DNA from: Tubiluchus corallicola
Lineage: Eukaryota > Animalia > Priapulida
Direction of reading: 5' to 3'
Assembly (NCBI GenBank): GCA_030141605.1
Contig: JAQGDQ010000552.1
Location: 80,393-144,392 of the forward strand
Length of the DNA: 64,000 nucleotides
Shown: positions 61,601 through 64,000 of the stretch, in pieces
How positions within the stretch are numbered: the first letter of the stretch is position 1
Layout of the letters: each line of letters begins with the position of its first letter
The notes under the pieces: generated by a model
Seen by the model: only the letters and a program-made list of their open reading frames with translations
The model's database searches: none
What the model was told of the DNA's origin: nothing
Program-made: the position numbers and the translations under genes

Positions 61601-63910
61601 TGCTAAGTAATATAAAAACATTAAATTTAAAAATACTATATTAAAAATATAGTAATTGCATGGAAAGTTTTTGGGACATAGTTTAACATTTTCGTTTCTT
61701 CCCCTGATTTACATTGTGCCTATATGACATCATGTAATGACACCGTCGGAACGGTATTGCGGGAGATTTAAAATGAAAACAAACAAAAATTAGTTTCAAC
61801 GTGAATACAATATGTGCACAAAATTGCTGTAAAGTAGTATAATTTTGTAAGACGATTTTTCTGAAGACTGCTTCAGTTACCCCTTGTCGTTCAAGTCATT
61901 GTATAGGATCATAAGATTACCCGTATTGCCAGTTGCGTTCGGCCACAGTCGGAAGCTTTACTGGCTATCTCCGAGTAAGAGATACCCGGTGTGTGACCTA
62001 ACTTGTCCGTAATGGCTTGAGCTACAGTCTCGTCATCAATACTTGTCTGTTGCACCTAAACAAGTACATTGGTAATAATGACAGCGATAATCGTGAGCTT
62101 ACGGGACATAAATTGTGTGCTTGCATAACAAAATCGTTCATCAGTCGGCAACTAAGCTTTTCTAATTATCACATATCCTTAATCTCCATTTCATGAAGAT
62201 CATTTTGATACCAAATTCATTACTCTATGTTATTTCTAAGCTGAAATAATCCACATTGAAGTTGAGGTGCAGGCTGCACACTGAAAAACATAATCTTGAA
62301 AAAATCGCTGTTAAAGTCAGCCATTGTTTTTTGTCTCATTTCTACAAAACACTTAGCAACCGCACAAATATTGGTTGCTATGGACTTTGCAAGAACACAT
62401 TATATTAGTAGATGGCTCTTCCTGATGAAGATATGGCCTTGGCAACAGGAATCCCCCCCCCCCCCGAGGCAAAATGACAGCTTCCAGGAGCTGCAATTGG
62501 AGTTATAAAGTTTTTTACGATTGCAGTACTAGTTTCTAGTCAGAAAAGTGAGTGAGGGGTAATAAAATTAGATTTTTCATATTTTTGAACATTTTCATGA
62601 CAATTTGGTACTAGAATATAAAGTCCAATATATTTTGCATTTGTTTTTACAAAAAACAAAAAATTGATATTTGACCAAATTTTTCGTGCATTCTGCTTTG
62701 AAGCATCATAACGTAGTTTTAACTATGCCGACTTACGGGCGGTTTTGTTTTGCAAGCACACAAATAATTATCACACGAAAAACTCAGACAGGATTATTGA
62801 CAAGCAGTTTATGTTAAGCCACAACTGAAGTGTCGGGTCATATAACTTTTCTTTCTGACTTTTCCGGACCAAATATTGATTTTCCATGACCAAGACAAGC
62901 AGAAATTGTATTACCAGTAAACATGTTCAACAATTTTGTGTATGGACATTCATACATGTACTGATATATAATGTGTCAGCACAGTTGCAATAGTGCTAAC
63001 GCAATTACACTAATCACATTAAATAAACTTTCTTAATCCAATCATGATTTTTGTAACAGAAGTCGAAAATGGGAGCCTGCCATAGCAAAATTTCATTGGA
63101 ACGCGAATCACTGAAAAACATGTTTGGAAAAATATCGATTCACGGTGATGATTTTTGCAACCCTTTCCAATTTCCCCGACTTTTCGCCCCATTTTCACCA
63201 TTTTCCCTGAATTTTTACCAACTTATCCTTTTCCCCGACTTTTCTCTGACTTTCCAGGATAACCTGTATTCTCAAGGATTTTGCCTGATCATGGGAACCC
63301 CGTTTTGCTTACAGGCTAACGCAGACAAGGGGCAGTCAGTTCACTCACATACCGACACAATGACACAAATTTTGATTTTCGAACTCGAATCAAACCAAAT
63401 TTGAAGATTTCAAATCTAAATCGAATTTGAATTCAATTTCAAAGATTTCCGAATCATTAACAAAAAGTAGTCCCGCAAAGATCTTGCATATTTGATTTTA
63501 TTCTGCAGTAAAAACGCTAATATTTGTTTAAAAATTGTGCAAACAAATCACAGCTAAATTGAGCTGATTACAGTTTAATGACAAAGAATGCACGTAGGTG
63601 AAGTGGTGACTTATTCGAATCCTTAAGTTTGAAATGAATTCGAACTCGTCGAATCGAATTCAAACGTCCAGTGCTCATCCTAGTACACAGACGAAAATGC
63701 GGAAGACGTTGACTTATCACTTGATAAAAGTCATTAATAAAAAAAACAACAACAACAAGACGTACCTTATAGCAGGCCCAGTGTGCCAGTATTCGACTAG
63801 CGCCCTCTGTGTCAGGTATCTTGAGATACTCGCAGATTCGTATAGCGAGCGGATACTGCCGGCGTAAGACGAGTCGGTCGATGAGCACGCGAAGTGTCAG
63901 CTGTTCCAAT
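47341..63910 (-). CDS. VPS16: Vacuolar protein sorting-associated protein 16 (HOPS/CORVET), C-terminal nine exons; gene continues beyond window
   Basis: Exons join in frame: [21 protein letters not shown]...[20 protein letters not shown]...[23 protein letters not shown]...[56 protein letters not shown]. Confidence 0.96.
47768..48480 (-). mobile_element. LINE (L2/CR1-group) 3' fragment
   Basis: GPRLWNN..E...F..NFKRNLK-like end, ggggtgctc...gagtacccc stem-loop, (aaat)n tail. Confidence 0.65.
48831..49320 (+). mobile_element. 5S rRNA-derived SINE-like element (SINE3-type head plus GC-rich body)
   Basis: 48871-48942 aagttaagcaacgtagagcctggttagtacttggatgggtgaccgcctaggaatgccaggtgctgtacgctt matches the 3' half of invertebrate 5S rRNA. 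The 5' half is diverged and there is no T-run terminator. Confidence 0.7.
49897..50003 (-). CDS. VPS16: VPS16 exon
   Basis: [10 protein letters not shown]...KYMPRV...KVRCFIKLG. Confidence 0.92.
50037..50626. mobile_element. Kolobok-like family C copy
   Basis: Homologous to the 42367 copy; ends ct-ttaa. Confidence 0.75.
50744..51375. mobile_element. MITE family B copy
   Basis: Shared TIRs and body. Confidence 0.85.
51970..52066 (-). CDS. VPS16: VPS16 exon
   Basis: [33 protein letters not shown]. Confidence 0.95.
52088..52482. mobile_element. MITE family D copy
   Basis: caataagccctttcacagtt ... aactgtgaaggcttattg. Confidence 0.8.
53278..53369. repeat. (AGTC/AGTG)n microsatellite
   Basis: Seen directly. 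Confidence 0.95.
53523..53888. mobile_element. hAT (Charlie-like) MITE with 8-bp TSD ccttaggg
   Basis: ccttaggg-tagtggttcccaaa ... tttgggaaccactg-ccttaggg. Confidence 0.9.
53983..54152 (-). CDS. VPS16: VPS16 exon
   Basis: [16 protein letters not shown]...LSIHDTV...RKDFKIPDR. Confidence 0.95.
54160..55344. repeat. 32-bp minisatellite (~37 copies) with a 96-bp higher-order block
   Basis: gcgagtaaatgcagataagaggggaccac+(tgg/ggg/aag) cycling in threes over ~54300-54890. Confidence 0.97.
55530..55662. repeat. (CA)n microsatellite
   Basis: Seen directly. Confidence 0.97.
55911..55988 (-). CDS. VPS16: VPS16 exon
   Basis: [26 protein letters not shown]; GT-AG, phase 0. Confidence 0.88.
57242..57346 (-). 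CDS. VPS16: VPS16 exon
   Basis: [24 protein letters not shown]... Confidence 0.92.
57484..59865. repeat. C/T/A-rich complex satellite (35/50-bp units built from 5-mers)
   Basis: ctcacactatcttacctcactcaactttatctcat variants; homogeneous 35-bp block at ~59320-59720. Confidence 0.95.
59997..60203 (-). CDS. VPS16: VPS16 exon
   Basis: [17 protein letters not shown]...[13 protein letters not shown]...LYIQ. Confidence 0.96.
60455..61064. mobile_element. Kolobok-like family C copy
   Basis: Homologous to the 13626 copy; ends ct-ttaa. Confidence 0.72.
61921..62055 (-). CDS. VPS16: VPS16 exon
   Basis: [45 protein letters not shown]. Confidence 0.96.
62114..62762. mobile_element. MITE family B copy
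   Basis: Shared TIRs and body. Confidence 0.85.
63766..63910 (-). CDS. VPS16: VPS16 exon
   Basis: [48 protein letters not shown]. Confidence 0.96.
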
Positions 63911-64000
63911 CTGGATGCGGTGGTTAAGAATTTGTTTGTTTGTTTGTATATAATTTTGTATAATTGCTTTTATTTTTTGTTTAATTGTGTGAGTGTATGT

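Overview
AT-rich, intron-rich animal (probably marine invertebrate) genomic DNA; no prokaryotic features. It holds three spliced protein-coding genes. (1) The last coding exon of a DLGAP/GKAP (SAPAP/vulcan-like) scaffold gene, + strand, 270-635. (2) A complete 24-exon receptor (natriuretic-peptide-receptor-like) guanylate cyclase, + strand, 5476-43158, about 1122 aa by manual exon joining: signal peptide, ANF-type ectodomain, TM, kinase-homology domain, coiled coil, cyclase. (3) The last nine coding exons of VPS16, - strand, 63910-47341, convergent with the cyclase. Introns are filled with MITE families (Tc1/pogo-, hAT-, Kolobok-, PIF-like and unclassified), LINE/SINE/Gypsy fragments and many minisatellites. 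Most notable: the cyclase has [12 protein letters not shown] instead of FGDTVNTASRME (conserved catalytic Asn replaced); a Penelope-type minimal hammerhead ribozyme follows a ~120-bp inverted repeat; a 5S-rRNA-headed SINE-like element has a structured GC-rich body; and two VPS16 intronic satellites carry arrays of splice-site mimics on the sense strand. All calls are from reading the sequence and recalling family motifs; no searches were run.
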